Assembly: GCA_050725835.1 (NCBI GenBank)
Contig: JBOHIC010000053.1
Location: 846 to 64,845 of the forward strand
Length of the DNA stretch: 64,000 nt
Origin: Novosphingobium sp.
GTDB lineage: Bacteria > Pseudomonadota > Alphaproteobacteria > Sphingomonadales > Sphingomonadaceae
Direction: 5' to 3'
A model generated the notes under the pieces. The model was not told the origin of the DNA. It made no database searches and saw nothing but the letters and a program-made list of their open reading frames with translations. Numbering within the stretch: position 1 is the stretch's first letter; every line of letters begins with the position of its first letter. Of this stretch, positions 63,422 to 64,000 are shown piece by piece. Made by a program: the position numbers and the translations under genes.

Positions 63422-64000
<579 letters not shown>

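Overview
High-GC alphaproteobacterial chromosome segment. Gene content and repeat types point to Sphingomonadales (Erythrobacter/Novosphingobium-like); this is inferred, not searched. It is mostly core genome: rpsU, gatCAB, clpB, a thiolase-SDR-crotonase-TetR-mtnP-maiA-MarR-FAH run, a Tad/Cpa pilus cluster, ispH-thrB-rnhA, argS-SPOR-nagZ-scpAB-tatABC, and mdh-sucD-sucA-sucB-lpdA. No rRNA, tRNA, CRISPR array, integrase or classical transposase was recognised. The most striking feature is a 524-bp unit between mdh and sucD. A small GIY-YIG nuclease gene, carrying a single nonsense codon at its first motif Tyr, is bracketed by two CGTC-tagged palindromic REP doublets. The outer arms form a perfect 31-bp inverted repeat and the inner arms share their own variant. 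This resembles the RAYT/REPIN architecture but with a GIY-YIG enzyme. Other accessory signals: a DUF433/DUF5615 toxin-antitoxin pair wedged between sucB and lpdA, with codon-usage shifts in both flanking genes; an AT-richer three-gene envelope-protein cassette after gatB; four copies of a CCCCTCCCC-type palindromic repeat family; an 18-bp palindromic operator shared by the thiolase operon and a distant aldehyde dehydrogenase; three CtrA-like boxes; a TauD + sulfotransferase-like + TonB-receptor trio; and an orphan GH24 lysozyme.
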